64,000 nucleotides of DNA, taken from Paramecium tetraurelia (lineage: Eukaryota). How positions within the stretch are numbered: position 1 is the stretch's first letter; the number at the start of each line of letters is the position of its first letter. The stretch is taken from positions 62,001 to 126,000 of the forward strand of contig CT868429.1 of assembly GCA_000165425.1 (NCBI GenBank), given 5' to 3'. Below the pieces are notes generated by a model that had not been told where the DNA came from, did no database searches, and saw only the letters and a program-made list of their open reading frames with translations. This document shows, piece by piece, positions 26,958 through 41,292 of this stretch. The position numbers and the translations under genes were made by a program.

Positions 26958-28603
26958 TCAAATATCAAATTTAACTCCTTAGGCAAGAGGCAATGTCTTA
27001 CCAAAATTAATAGTGCATGTAGATCTCCTCATATAAGTCTTCCATGAGTCACTTCCTGATTCTCTACCACCTCCGGTTTCTTTTTCACCTCCGAAAGCTC
27101 CTCCAATCTCAGCTCCAGAAGTACCAATGTTAACATTTACAATACCACAATCAGATCCCAAAGGTCCAGTCCATTTATATGAATTGCTTAAATTGGATGT
27201 GAATAATGAGCTGCTCAAACCTTATGGGACATTATTATTAATTTCAATAGCCTCATCCAAAGTATCATATCTAACAATAAATAAGATAGGCATGAAGAGT
27301 TCATGTTGTAAAATAGGATGATCAGCTTTAACTTCAAAAATGGTTGGCTAAACAAAGTTACCAGGACCTTCAATGACATTTCCTCCATAAAGTAGTTTTC
27401 CTCCTTATGCTTGGATTTCAGGGATAACCTTTTTGTATTATTCTACTTGTCCTCTTGTATGAAGTGGACCACATAAGGTATCTACAATGTAAGAATTAAT
27501 TACCATCATTTAAAGCATTTCCAATTTTGATGGTACCATAAACCTTGACCATTTTTTGAATGAATGTCTCTGCAATGCTGTTATGTAACAACAATCTTCT
27601 TAAGGATGTGCATCTCTGTCCACATGTACCAACAGCTGCGAATACTGCAGCCTTGAGTGCTAAATCCACATTTGCATCTTCATGAACAATCTAAGCATTA
27701 TTTCCTCCTAATTCCAATAAACTTCTGGCTAATCTGGAAGCCACCTTTGCTGCAATGATTTTACCAACTTAAGTGGAACCTGTAAAGGATACTAATGGAA
27801 TTCTCTTATCACTTGTAATGGCTTCTCCAATTTAAACACCATCTCCACAAATAGTGANNNNNNNNNNNNNNNNNNNNNNNNNNNNNNNNNNNNNNNNNNN
27901 NNNNNNNNNNNNNNNNNNNNNNNNNNNNNNNNNNNNNNNNNNNNNNNNNNNNNNNNNNNNNNNNNNNNNNNNNNNNNNNNNNNNNNNNNNNNNNNNNNNN
28001 NNNNNNNTGATGGTGCTCCTTTCCAAACACAAACATCACCACAAATTAATCCAAGTGCTAAATTCCAACCTAACACAGCGACTGGGAAGTTAAATGCTGT
28101 GATAATGCCTACCACACCCAAGGGATTCCATTATTCCATCATGAAATGGGATGGTCTCTCTGATGGGATTACTAATCCATATAATGATCTTGATAATCCA
28201 CAGGCCATATCACAAATGTCTATGATTTCTTAGACTTCACCCAAACCCTCTGATTTTATTTTACCCATCTCCAAGGCAACCAACATTCCTAAGGCTTCCT
28301 TCTATTTTCTAAACTCATCTCCGATTTATCTGACTATGTCACCTCTTCTTGGAATAGGTAACTAATTTAAACAATATTGAATACTTCAGCCCACATATTC
28401 TTAACCTTCAACAGCTCTTACATTCCTTATTCGTATTATGGAAGTGTTCCTAATTTTACTTTTGCTATGGCTTCTCCTGTGTTTGGATTGTAACTAGTAG
28501 TCCACTCTCCATCTCCTACCCATGTTCCACTCAAAGATGCTCCATAATTTTCAGCTTTTAAACCAAGTTAGGCCAAGAATGGATATTTGTCAAATGTTAA
28601 CAT
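26958..28603 (-). CDS. ALDH7A1: Aldehyde dehydrogenase family 7 (antiquitin / alpha-aminoadipic semialdehyde dehydrogenase)
   Basis: [46 protein letters not shown], and [47 protein letters not shown]. Interrupted by the N gap. Confidence 0.95.
27858..28007. other. Assembly gap (150 N) inside ALDH7
   Basis: Run of n. Confidence 1.
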
Positions 28604-28647
28604 TTACACTTTTATTTATGACGTATGATTTTAAATATTTATGTATT

Positions 28648-30049
28648 TCAATAATAGTCACTATGAAAATGGAAATTCTTAATCGAATAATGCAAACTTT
28701 TCAAATTCTTTCTCTTTGGGGGAATTAGACAATCTATCACTATCAAGGAATTACAGATCCTCTCCAATTTTAAATATATTTTTTATATTTTCCATTCCTA
28801 TCTAATGTATTAAAATCAATTAAATCCGAGATAATTCTTATATCAGATTATTGTAAGTGAACTTAGTTCTTGCAATATCCAATAATTGTTTGTATTTAGG
28901 TTAAAAAGTTTTCATCTTGATTTCGACACCTTTATAATGAACTTTCTTAATTTTGCCTAAAAAATTTCTAGTAATTTGGACTTGCTTAAATTATGGATAA
29001 TAAATTTCGATTATTTCATCAAGTAATGTACTCTCCAACATGGTTGTATTAATGAGATTCGAGAATATTTTCAATAACATTATAACATTTACAATAGACC
29101 CAATTTGAGCCAAGACTTCTCCTAATTTTGGCATCATAATAACTTCAACACCTAATTTATTATCAATTTTGAATCCAAATGAGCATAGTGAATCAAATTC
29201 TAATTTTGAACCATCTGCACTTAATACTGTTTTCTCAGCAAATTTAGAAGAGATTGTTTAAGTATTTACTCTAAAATCTTTTATTACTTCAAAAGATTCA
29301 AAATTACTAAACAATATGCCGTTATCAATAGTTGTATTTTATTTTTATAATATTACTTAAGCATGGAATGGGCTGACTTCTTCAAAGGCAAAAGATTCAG
29401 TTTTCTTAATTTCCTCAAATTGCAAAGTTTCATAATTATATTGTTGAAGGTTAATTGATAAAAATAATAATCCATGATTTGTACTGAAATACTCATCAAT
29501 TGCTTATTGTTCGGCACAGTATCCTCCATCGACCATCCAATCCTAACGACATTTTGTGAAAAATACAAAATAGTACCTAAGTTTCTATTGATTTTCTTTT
29601 GTTGGTCCATCTATTTAACTTAAAATCAATTTTCCTTTTTCAAGTACTACAACATTCTTGTCTCCATCTATTTACAATGTGCTGAATAATATTTTAGGAG
29701 AAGCAGAAATGGTGGAACTAACGATTTCTAATAAAACAGGCATAATAATATTGTTCTCTTTTGTAAACGGATTTATTTTTGATCTTACATCATAGAGACT
29801 GAAGGAAATCTCACTATTCTCCCATTCATAAGTAGCAAAATCGATCATTTTTTAAGAACTCGTAACCTTGGGAATTAATTTTCCATCTATCCATAAAAAT
29901 ATCACGTAAACGGAATATGCGACGCTTAAAATCATTATGATTATGGTTATGAATCCACTCTGAGATGTCTTAAATTCTTCTTATTGTTTTCTAGTCTTCA
30001 TTTTAATAGGAACTCCAAAAATGTCAATTTTTTCTAAAAGGGATAACAT
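28648..30049 (-). CDS. Two-TM membrane protein with large loop (ciliate 'DIFG..YPKLGEVLAQIGS'-type family)
   Basis: MLSLLEKIDIFGVPI; TM1 GFITIIIMILSVAYSVYVIFLW; TM2 region PKLGEVLAQIGSIVNVIMLL; TGA at 28648. Confidence 0.75.
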
Positions 30050-30098
30050 TAAATTAAGACCGTTCCAATAATTAAATATAATTGATATTTTTTAATAC

Positions 30099-30907
30099 TC
30101 AAATGCTTATGATGCTTTCTACTCCAGCTTGCAATTATGAGATCAACTATATTAATTTTGGTTATGTTTGCTCGATTGTCGATTAAGCAATAATCATTTT
30201 TGATTATGCACTTGGTTTAGGAATATCTATATTAGTTTGAGTGCTCTAAATAATAAAAATTCTAAATTACTTTTGGTTCTAAACGAATTTGATCATAGAG
30301 TGCTCTTTTCTTTTTGATATCATGTTCATCTGGTGGATTGACTAGATTGCCTAGATCAACAAACTTTGATTTGATTTATTAAGTGGCTGATCCCAACTTA
30401 TCCTTTAATTCTTTCTTAATTCTTTCATTTTCAATTTATTTTTGCTGTTGAATTTTTTCTTTTGACGATGCGTTTCCTTAAATATCATTTTGCTTGACCT
30501 AATCTTCCTTAAATGATTGAGGTTGATCCTTGATTTGTTTTTATTCTCCTTTAGTCAAAAATTTCTTTAGAGTTGGACATTATTCTGCATCCACGATTTA
30601 AAGTAAAGTCTTAAAATAATTCTATAACCCAGCCTTTCTGGTCGAAATGAATTCTGGATCAGTATTGCCAAAAAACTTTTTGGATGGGAATTATGGAAGT
30701 TATTGCTTGAGTTCTGATGACAATTAAGTATGCAGATTATTGATGTTTTTATACCTTTCTTCAAAACTCCAGGATACTTTTGTTTATGTATTTAAGACCT
30801 TGTTATATTGTGCTATATATTACTTAGATCTGATAGTAAACAATATCTGACCTAGTTTCAGTATTCACAATTTTCAATTAATATGTTGAATTTTGTTGTT
30901 ATTACAT
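30099..30907 (-). CDS. PX (phox homology) domain protein
   Basis: VYYQIQ|V..EERYKNINNLH..LPQFPSKKFFGNTDPEFISTRKAGLQNYF. Two introns. Confidence 0.85.
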
Positions 30908-31170
30908 GTAAATATAAATGTTTTAAATAAAATTAAATGTGATAAAACCTTAAGGTGATGAAATCACAATCGTAAATATCAATAACCATTTCATCTTACT
31001 CATTTAGGTAATTATGAAGTAATGCCTTGACTTTATTATTGATTCAAATAAAAATATTCTAAACTTAAGTTAACAGCTCTGTTATCAACTAAATCGTTTT
31101 ATTTTGAGTCTGAAAAAACATATTAAAATGAAATTACTTAAATTCCAATTTTTATATTTTAAAAAGCCAA

Positions 31171-32657
<1,487 letters not shown>

Positions 32658-32715
32658 ATAAAATTATGTATATAACAATTAATGTTCTATGAATTAAGTG
32701 ATTTATTAAACAATT

Positions 32716-34249
32716 ATGAGCCAAATTGATTATTAATAATAATAAATACGTCGAATTAAATTACAAGATATGTATGAAGATTTGAATCCAAGGTACTTGT
32801 AAGTGTGTTATATAGCTGTAATTATAAACATTGTCGTTCATTTTTTTAGATATCCTTTCAAGAAATGAAGTGGAATAAATCTCATCTACCATTTCTTCCG
32901 ACTATCTTTAATATAGAAGACGATGTGGTTTGCTTAGACAAAAAATAATAACTTAAGAGAAGAACTTATAAACTTTTAGATCAGTATTTATTTTATAAAA
33001 GTAAAAATGTATTATATTGTGAATTAATTGTTAGGAAAAAATTGTTTGGATTAATTATGAAAATGCAATTATAGAATTGATATCCAATTCTGATTTGGGT
33101 CTGGGAATTCGTTTAACGAAATGCTTTGATAAAGTTGAATTCTTTGGCAACGCAAACTATTGGTATAAATTTATGAAGAGGTTTGCCGTCTAATATGATT
33201 TCTTACATTATTATACTCCCATCTCAAAACTCAACAAAATTAAATTTGGAGAGTCATACAAAGGAAAAAATAAAGTGGATAGTGCAGAATATATTATTAA
33301 AATATATCAAAAGTCATTGATAATCGATGAAGAAGATAGACAACAATTCTTCAAAGAAATATCAGTGATTCGTCAATTGAAAACAGATTTAACAATGAAG
33401 TTTTATGATCTATTCGAAAATCAAGATCAAATATATGTAATTGTTGAAAATTTGCCCTCTTACACCTTGTTAGAGTATGTATAGAAGAACCCTTTGCTTT
33501 CAGAAGAAAAAGCAGCAAAGGCCATATTTAGAATTATTAAAATTGTTGCATATCTCCATTCTAAAAAAATAATGCACAGAGACATTAAACTCGAAAATTT
33601 CATCTTTCGACAACTGGATAATTTAGATAGTCTATGTTTAACAGATTTTAAGTTAGCAGAATTCTATGATGACGAAGGTCACTATCAATTTAAGCGATGT
33701 GGAACTGTGGGATACGTAGCCCCTGAAGTTTTAGCAGACAAGAACTATGACCTCAAAGTAGATGTCTATAGCGTTGGAATTCTACTCTTTATTTTATTCG
33801 CAGGTAAAGAGCCTTTCGATGGAAATTATCAAGAGAAAGTCATTCAAAATTTAATCGGGGTTATTGATTTTAACTCCATCAGGGTGAGTAACTTAGCCTC
33901 AGAATTTCTCAAGGGTCTTCTCAAATTAGATCCTCAAGAGAGATTATCATCTCATTAAGCCTTAAATCACAAATGGTTTTAAAGAGAAAAATTAATTGGA
34001 GCATTAAAATAATAGATTAAGTCTACCTTATAAAATTTGAATAAACCACGTAAAGTCAAAGAGTCTTTAAAAAAATCGTTTCTAATTTTACCTACCAATT
34101 CTATTCCGCAACTGCAAAGTCCTTCAAGTTTTAGAATTAAAACATTGCCTAACCCCTAATCTTAAGAAAAAGTCCATCTCCCTGTAATTTATAGAAGAAC
34201 AACTCACTAAATCCCTTCGAATTCTATATTTTATGGAAGAATGAAATGA
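32716..34249 (+). CDS. PH-like + CaMK-like kinase with degenerate Gly loop and DFK
   Basis: LNKIQFGESY in the Gly-loop position, YIIK, HRDIKLEN, DFK, CGTVGYVAPE. The 5' exon structure is approximate. Confidence 0.8.
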
Positions 34250-34374
34250 GATTTTTTTAATAAATTCTCCTTTAGATATGATTATTATATTTTTTTATTA
34301 TCCATGAATAATTAGTTAATTCAAACGAATTTTACTCAATCCAAACATTTATATAATTGAATCTTTTAATTAAA

Positions 34375-34899
34375 ATGGGTATAATTTGTGGATAAAGTCA
34401 GAAACACAAATCTTAGGAGTTACATGCTTCAAGACCTTTGTCTTAATCAATTAAGCATGGTTATGAAAATGTTGAATGTGAAGATTAGGATCAGTTATTT
34501 TGCCCATCCTTGACTTAAAATTACGTCTTATATCCGAAATTCCTAATTACTTAAGAATCAAAATGTGAAAAGGAGGAGTAAAATATAATCACTTCTGTTC
34601 AATAAAGCTCTTCTTAATTGTCTTTTGGATTTTAAAGTGAACCTAACAATATAAACGAAATTCAAAACAAACAAATTAACTAAAATAAATTAAAGCCAGA
34701 CATGATAAATTCTAAAAGAATGAGTTTAGAATAGAGATATAAAATTGCAGTATCACCTTCTCAAAGTAGAAACCGAAATAATAATAATGCCTTAAGCCCT
34801 TTGACCAAAATGTTCTAAGGCTAAAATTCTACTGCAAAACAAAGGGAGCAATAAATTTTAACAAAAGGAAAGAGGAAATCATCAAATTAAAATGGATGA
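34375..34899 (+). CDS. Hypothetical 174-aa hydrophilic protein with N-terminal MGIIC motif
   Basis: ATG GGT ATA ATT TGT; 525-nt span ending in TGA; Gln/Ser/Asn-rich. Confidence 0.7.
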
Positions 34900-35283
34900 G
34901 AAAAAATGAATAAAATGGATAATTTGAAATAATTTTATATATATTATGTAATACCTTAAAGTTTTTTTCTCTCATTCTTATCTTTTTTTATAACACGAAT
35001 GAAATATAAAGAGGTTTTGAAGAAATTAATGTTTTATTTATTTCATTATCAATTAATTTACTTAAAAAATTGAAAATTTGATGGAAGTTAAAGTGTGCAT
35101 TAATTTATAATTCTTCAAGGCTATTAGTTAGTTTGCTACATCACGTCATTATTATAATTAAATAATCAAATTAAAATAGTTCATAGTCTTATGTAATTTA
35201 TTTTAGAATGAAAATTTAATGCTATATAATTCTACTGTATTTTATTAAACATAATTAATGAATATAGATAAAAAATAATTAGT

Positions 35284-36512
35284 TCAAGAAATCTATTGTT
35301 CTTGGATGAATGACTTCACAACATTTAATTTTGTCTAAATAATAATCTACACTTTTTTAATGATCTCGATTTCCCTACTTCTTTAAATGGTATTTTATTA
35401 ATATTAGACTAATAATTCTTAACATTGTCCTCTTCTTTATTTCATTCCTGTCTTTGATGCTACAAATTCAGCCTAGGCATCACTTCCCCTTTTCTGTTAT
35501 TGATCTCTAGTCCTTATGGTATCTTACAAAGACTCATCGTCTGCTGCTTTTTCTCTAGTCAAAGCCTGCATAGCATTAAATATTTCATTAAGAGTAACAT
35601 CATTATCCTAAAATTCACCTAAATTTAATTACTCTAATGGCCTGCTCTTCTAAAGCAGTCTCCTCATCCACAGAAGTTATTAAGGAATCTCGGACAACTT
35701 CCATTTTTTCTATTATGGTTTAGATTGATCTTGAATCCATCATCGAGGTAACCTAAACCAGAGCTAGAATTGGATTAAGAGATCCACTATTTGCTAATTG
35801 CACAAAAGATGTAGCAAAGGCTTCTTCTTACACAAAAGACTTAATGAATTATATTAAGTTATACTTCTGCATCTCTCTATTAGACTTAATCATACAATTC
35901 GTGCATTTTTGGTAGCATAACTTAAAATGCATTTATCATTTCTTTTAATTAACCCAATCTTTTGTTATAATTTGCTGATTGTTACAACCTCAAATCTCTC
36001 AAGGAATTCTCTGAACTTTAAAAAGTCTAAGAAATAAATCTTTGAACACTTTTACATCTATTTAGGATTACTTAAGGTCTAACTCACTAGTATAATCTTC
36101 AATATCTGACTCTAATCTACCAACTTTAAATTCAACATCATTAATTTCATTTACTGCTAATTAAACTCTCTAACCATAACTGTCCATATCTGATTTACAT
36201 TATGATTAGATGGCTGCATTTGACCCATCTTATTAAATTTATTTTCCCTTTTATAAAATCATTATCTACTTCAAGGTCACCCTTTAAATTTGTCAATAAG
36301 GAAACTATGCTGTCAATGCCTTCTCCACTTTTAATTTGCAGAGCAACAGTTTACAATACCTTTGCTCCCAACGGATTTTCTGATATTTCCTCTAGATCAT
36401 CAAAACTGGGATCATTATGCAAAATTTCTTAATTTGCTTGGAATTGGTCTTCATCCTTCCTTCTTACTGCTCTTATTCCAAGGAATACGATAAACAGAAG
36501 AAGAGTTTTCAT
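35284..36512 (-). CDS. Trichocyst matrix protein precursor
   Basis: Signal MKTLLLFIVFLG; LGAKVLQTVALQIKSGEGIDSIVSLLTNLKGDL; AFVQ..ILALVQV processing region; C-terminal REIEIIKKVQIII. This is the pattern of ciliate secretory granule lattice proteins. Confidence 0.8.
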
Positions 36513-36747
36513 TACTTATGAAAACGGATTAAAATAAAATAAATAAATAATACAGCTTATAGTTTGAGAAAGGAACTCTGAAATTAAGTGTTAGATAGAT
36601 ATTCAATTGGTTTGTATTACTTCGGATAGACGAAAGTGCCTACGTAAATATTGAGACATTATTATATATCGTACTTAATTTTCTATAAAACTAATTAGAA
36701 ATAGAAACTCGAAGTTGATATCATATAGACCATTAATTATGTAAAAA

Positions 36748-38123
36748 TCAATTATATAAAAGTTGGGCTTATTTTCTTTGATAATTTTTAAAAGAAATTT
36801 CATATAAGGATAAAAATCTACTGAAGTAAGGGCAAGTTATAGTCTTGACTTTGTGATGTAAAACATTGTCATCCTCCTGCATCCATCTTAATTCATAATA
36901 GCAAAGAGACAAATTCAAATTCCTTCGCGAAGACATATATCTCTACAGGATATAAAGTAGAACTTCAATTTTTGAATCTTCGGGTTTAATTACATCAATG
37001 AAATGAGCTATTTGGCTTTGTGATCGGTATTATAGGAAAATATCCACTATTTATTGATCCAACTTCCCTATTAAAGAAAACTTTAACCAAGGCAATTTGC
37101 AATTGATGATCTTGTCGATTGTAGAGAAGGTTTAAGAGTAATAAAATCTATTCTGCATTTGCTAATCTGATTATTAATTCTTCATGTTTATCTCATCTAA
37201 CAAATCAATCTCAGATTCTCGACTTATAATGCTATCAATTGTTTGAGGAATTAATGAAGGCTATAAAAGTGCTGGAGACATGTGTTCAGATTTAATTAAG
37301 GATGATTTGTTCTCATATTTTGCCTGAATTGCAGAAGTGATCAATTTCTAAATTTCTGGATTTAACTCTATAATATTTTTCTAATAAATTTTTGATATCA
37401 ACAGGTAACGATCTGTAAATGAATCAATTGAAGTGCCAAAAATCGATAGGATGTAATTTGAATACACATATTCGATTATTAAATAGCATAATTTGAAAAT
37501 GCAACTTAGTTGCTCCAAAACCAAATTTGCCAATTGTTTACTTTCTCGAAATTATTTGCTTATGTTTTAATCGATTTATGTATTATGTGGAATGCTTTAA
37601 TCAGATATTATTTGTTCTTGGAATCTAAGATTATCTGACAAACTACGTTTGACAAATGTATTCCTAATTAATTGAGCGTTTACTCTGACATCTCCTGCAA
37701 TGTAGTTTGATTTGGTATTTATCTAAAAGGTTTAATCCAAATCAAAGAGCTCATTTAAGAATTATATATAATGGAAGACGAGTTGATTATAAAGATGTTT
37801 TTCTCTTTGTCCGAGGTCTTTAGAAATATTCTTCGAAATGATTAGTTTTTCATCTTCAGTTGGATAAGGTCCTTTGATAGACACATCCAACATTTTTTAA
37901 CTCATAAATTTTGATAGTGACTCGATGTCTTTTTCAACAATGTTCTAATTAAGACCTATGATTATACTTTGTGGAATTATACGAAATACGAGTCCTTGCA
38001 TTACTTTAAAAATTAAGTATTTGTCAAAATTAAATTTTGAAAAACAAGTTTTCCTTTACTTTGAGTTCTGGGAGTTGGAATTTCAGATTTAGGAGTCTCC
38101 TCTGAATGACAATAATTTCCCAT
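36748..38123 (-). CDS. Hypothetical protein with N-terminal MGNYC motif; C-terminus weakly VPS9-like
   Basis: Open frame once a 23-nt intron (GTATTTCG..CAAAG, about 37967-37989) is removed; TGA at 36748. The domain guess is weak. Confidence 0.65.
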
Positions 38124-39083
38124 TTAAATTATATATATTATAGAGTTTATATCAAATTTAATTTAAAGTTTTACAAGAAAACATGTTAACCTATTAGAGG
38201 AAAATGAATGATCAAATTACATTATAGTCATTCATTTTGTCTAATTTTTGAGGTCCTCTATTTCTCAATATCTGCTACCTACAAATACCTAATTTAAGAA
38301 ATAAGAATTGGGAGACATAATTTAAAAACAAAATTTACAATCTTGATTAAGAGGAATTTAATAAATAATTTCATTTATTTTACCTTTGCAAATTATTTAC
38401 CATACCAATCATTTAAATATTTTCAGATTTTTATAAATTAATATATTTAAATATGGAGATATTAAAATATTCTACCTTAAATCATATATTATCTTTATTT
38501 AATAGATGATAAGTTGCAGGTTAATAATAATTTTCAAATTCTAATGGCAATAATAATGTTTTCATTGTATTATAGATCACTAAATACTTTAAATTGATTA
38601 TTCACTCATATTTGTTGTAATTAATGATATGTATTTGTTCAATTATGCCTATATATTTTTTTGATTAGAATTGCAACAATCATACTTAATGAATAAACCA
38701 TAAAGTAGTAGTCTGAAAATTGGATTTATATGAAAATTGTTTGATTAAGGTCTCTAGTTATTGTGATTCATTAGATAATTATACAAAATTGAGAAACTGT
38801 ATCGTATATTATTCAAATTATTTAGTGTAATTAAATTATAATTTAAAATATTCAAAAAAATTTAGTTGATGATTGCGATATGTTAGTAATCTTTGAGATT
38901 AATGGGGACGTATCTCATCAGCTATTTTGCATCTAAATAATAAATCTCTCTCCTTTTTCTTAGGTACTTATTCATTATTATGAAATATGTATAGAATAAA
39001 AAAAATAAATTTTGAAAAATTGAGCTTTTCAATAATATTTGTAAAATATATATGTAGATATAGGGCCTATAATGATCAGAATA

Positions 39084-39155
39084 GGATCTATCGTATAGTG
39101 GTTAGTACCTGAGGCTCTAACCCTCAAGACCTTGGTTCGAGTCCAAGTAGGTCCT
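39084..39155 (+). tRNA. tRNA-Gln(CUA), UAG-decoding
   Basis: Acceptor GGATCTA/TAGGTCC, discriminator T, anticodon arm TGAGG-CT-CTA-AC-CCTCA, T-loop GGTTCGAGTCC, followed by an oligo-T Pol III terminator. The body is Gln-type. Confidence 0.93.
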
Positions 39156-39202
39156 TTTTTTAATTTGTTTTTTTTTGAATAATAATTTTAACATATAATC
39201 AG

Positions 39203-41239
39203 ATGTAAGAAGCATATGTACTTCATGATCAGTATAGGAATCAATCAATGTACAATTACATCAGTGGATCATCTCGTCCTCTTTATTTCAAGCGACCACT
39301 TGTACCGACAATGACAGATACTCCTTTAAAATTGAGTCAACCTCCAGTTTAATAAGTAAAGGAATAAGTTCTTCCTGCCAAGGTGACAATAGAGAGAGTA
39401 GATTCATAATTAAATAGTATAGGTTAAGGACGTCGAGATTTAAACTGATTACAGAGATGCCGAAGCTTAAACTGCTCCGTATACACCTGCTCATGACCAA
39501 AGTGATGATTAAACAATAGAAATTTTGGCTTTGCAGCATTTAAAATGGGACAAGGGCTTGCCTGCGTCAATAGAGGAATTGGAGTCAATAGAATGGAATA
39601 GAGAAAAAGTGTGGTTCGAAAATTCGCTTCCTCCGATCTCAGATGAAGCCTCATTCAAATTAAGAAGAGCATTAATGAAATCTTAAGAGGAGAGGGAGTG
39701 GAAGAAGAAGGAGACAGACATCAAGATGTAAACAGTTATTTTTTATGGTCTTTTAGTACTTAAAACGAGAGATTGTATTTGCTCTAAGAAGCATTAAAGG
39801 AGAGGGAGAAGGATGTGGAGGAGAAGAACGCTTAGAGGATCGAGAGCATTAAGATAAAGAAGACGGAACTAAAGAATAGGATGGTGGCTAAGATTTAAAA
39901 GAGGAAAATAAAGATATTGAGAAAGATGCAAAAGAGTAGAAAAGAAATAGATAATGAGGATAAGGGCAGGGAGATAATTGAGGATTATGCTAATTTTGCA
40001 TCTAAAGTTTATGCAGGGATTACTAGAGAAGGATTGAGTTTGGACAAGATTGCGAGCAAGTATGAAGTTTAGCCAGTTGCTCTTAATACTTATAAGGGGC
40101 TAACTGAATTGTCCACTACAATTAAGCCATCCATTTTAGAAACAACTGTAAATGTGGCTTAATTTATTAAAACCATAGAGAAGGATTACACTAGATTGGA
40201 GATACAACATAAAATTGAGGTAAACAAAGCAAGGAATCAAATTTTTGGAACAAATAAGCAGGATCAATCTAATGAGAATTAAGCAGATCACATTGGAAAT
40301 AAGAATATTATAATAAGGCCAGCTACACCCACATATAATTAGGAGTTTGAGAATGGAGATATAAAGAGACAAGAGATGAAGTTTGAGAATTATGAGTAAT
40401 TTAAAGAGGAAGCAATTAAAAGACAGGGGGAGGATAGAAGAAATTCAGCAGTGGTCTTGCTACAAAGACTATTTAGAGGAAGAGCGATGTAAAATATAAT
40501 GTACGAAGGAAAAGAGAAGGTATGGGATTATGAAATTAAAAATAGAGAACTGCTTTGATTGAAGAACTTTTGACTGTGGCTAAAATTCCAGATTTACCAG
40601 AGGCTGAGCAGGAGGAGATTTTGATGCAACAACATGAAGAAAAAGTGAAGAATGCAGCTTTGGAAGCTATTCAAGGAGAGGTGATTGCTGAGACTTTAGA
40701 TATGCTAAGCAAGGAATTACTGAGAATAAAACAATAGAAGAAGATAGCTTAGATGATGAAATCTGCAGAGGAGGATAGGAGATTAAGAGAGATTTAAGAG
40801 GCAGGAACGAGATAAGCTGAATAGATTCTAAGAGACAGGGAGGATGTCCAATATAATCAAATCATGAGAGTTCATTAAGGGACAGTCGACACTTATTTAC
40901 ATTGGATTTTCAAGAATACTATAGAGCAAGGTATAGAATTCAAGGATATGAATTAGCTGCCACAAGACAGGCTACAATAATGACTAATTTGAGGAAATCA
41001 AAGATGAATGCACCAGTGGAGCATTTTGAAAGAAAGTATAATAGTGATGAGACTATCATAAAAGACCTGGTATAACAATTCTTAATCCCTAATGTATAGA
41101 GGTCTAAGTTGCAAAAATAAAGTAGTTTTGTTAAAATTATAAATAAGTTTAAATTGAGGAAAGGAGATTTAATGAGGCTGCCAAAAAATCCATTTAAGCA
41201 ACATTATCTTCAGCTGCACAAGAACTTAATCAAAGATGA
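39203..41239 (+). CDS. CFAP91: Cilia- and flagella-associated protein 91
   Basis: TDYRDAEAQTAPYTP, LKWDKGLPA..IE..REK..LPP, IIEDYANFASKVYA, IQ-like LQRLFRGRAMQNIMYEGKEK|RTALIEEL. Confidence 0.85.
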
Positions 41240-41292
41240 TGATAATAATAAATAATATAATGTAATTTTAATGGATATATAATCTATCCTTC

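Noticed and set aside
32793..32850. Possible 2-nt microexon (CT) between two intron-like segments
   Set aside because: Splicing both puts the downstream PH region out of frame; a single 32-nt intron keeps the frame.
37905..38082. Apparent frameshift or retained 26-bp TA-bounded IES after the MGNYC N-terminus
   Set aside because: A canonical 23-nt GTA..AAG intron restores the frame without special assumptions.
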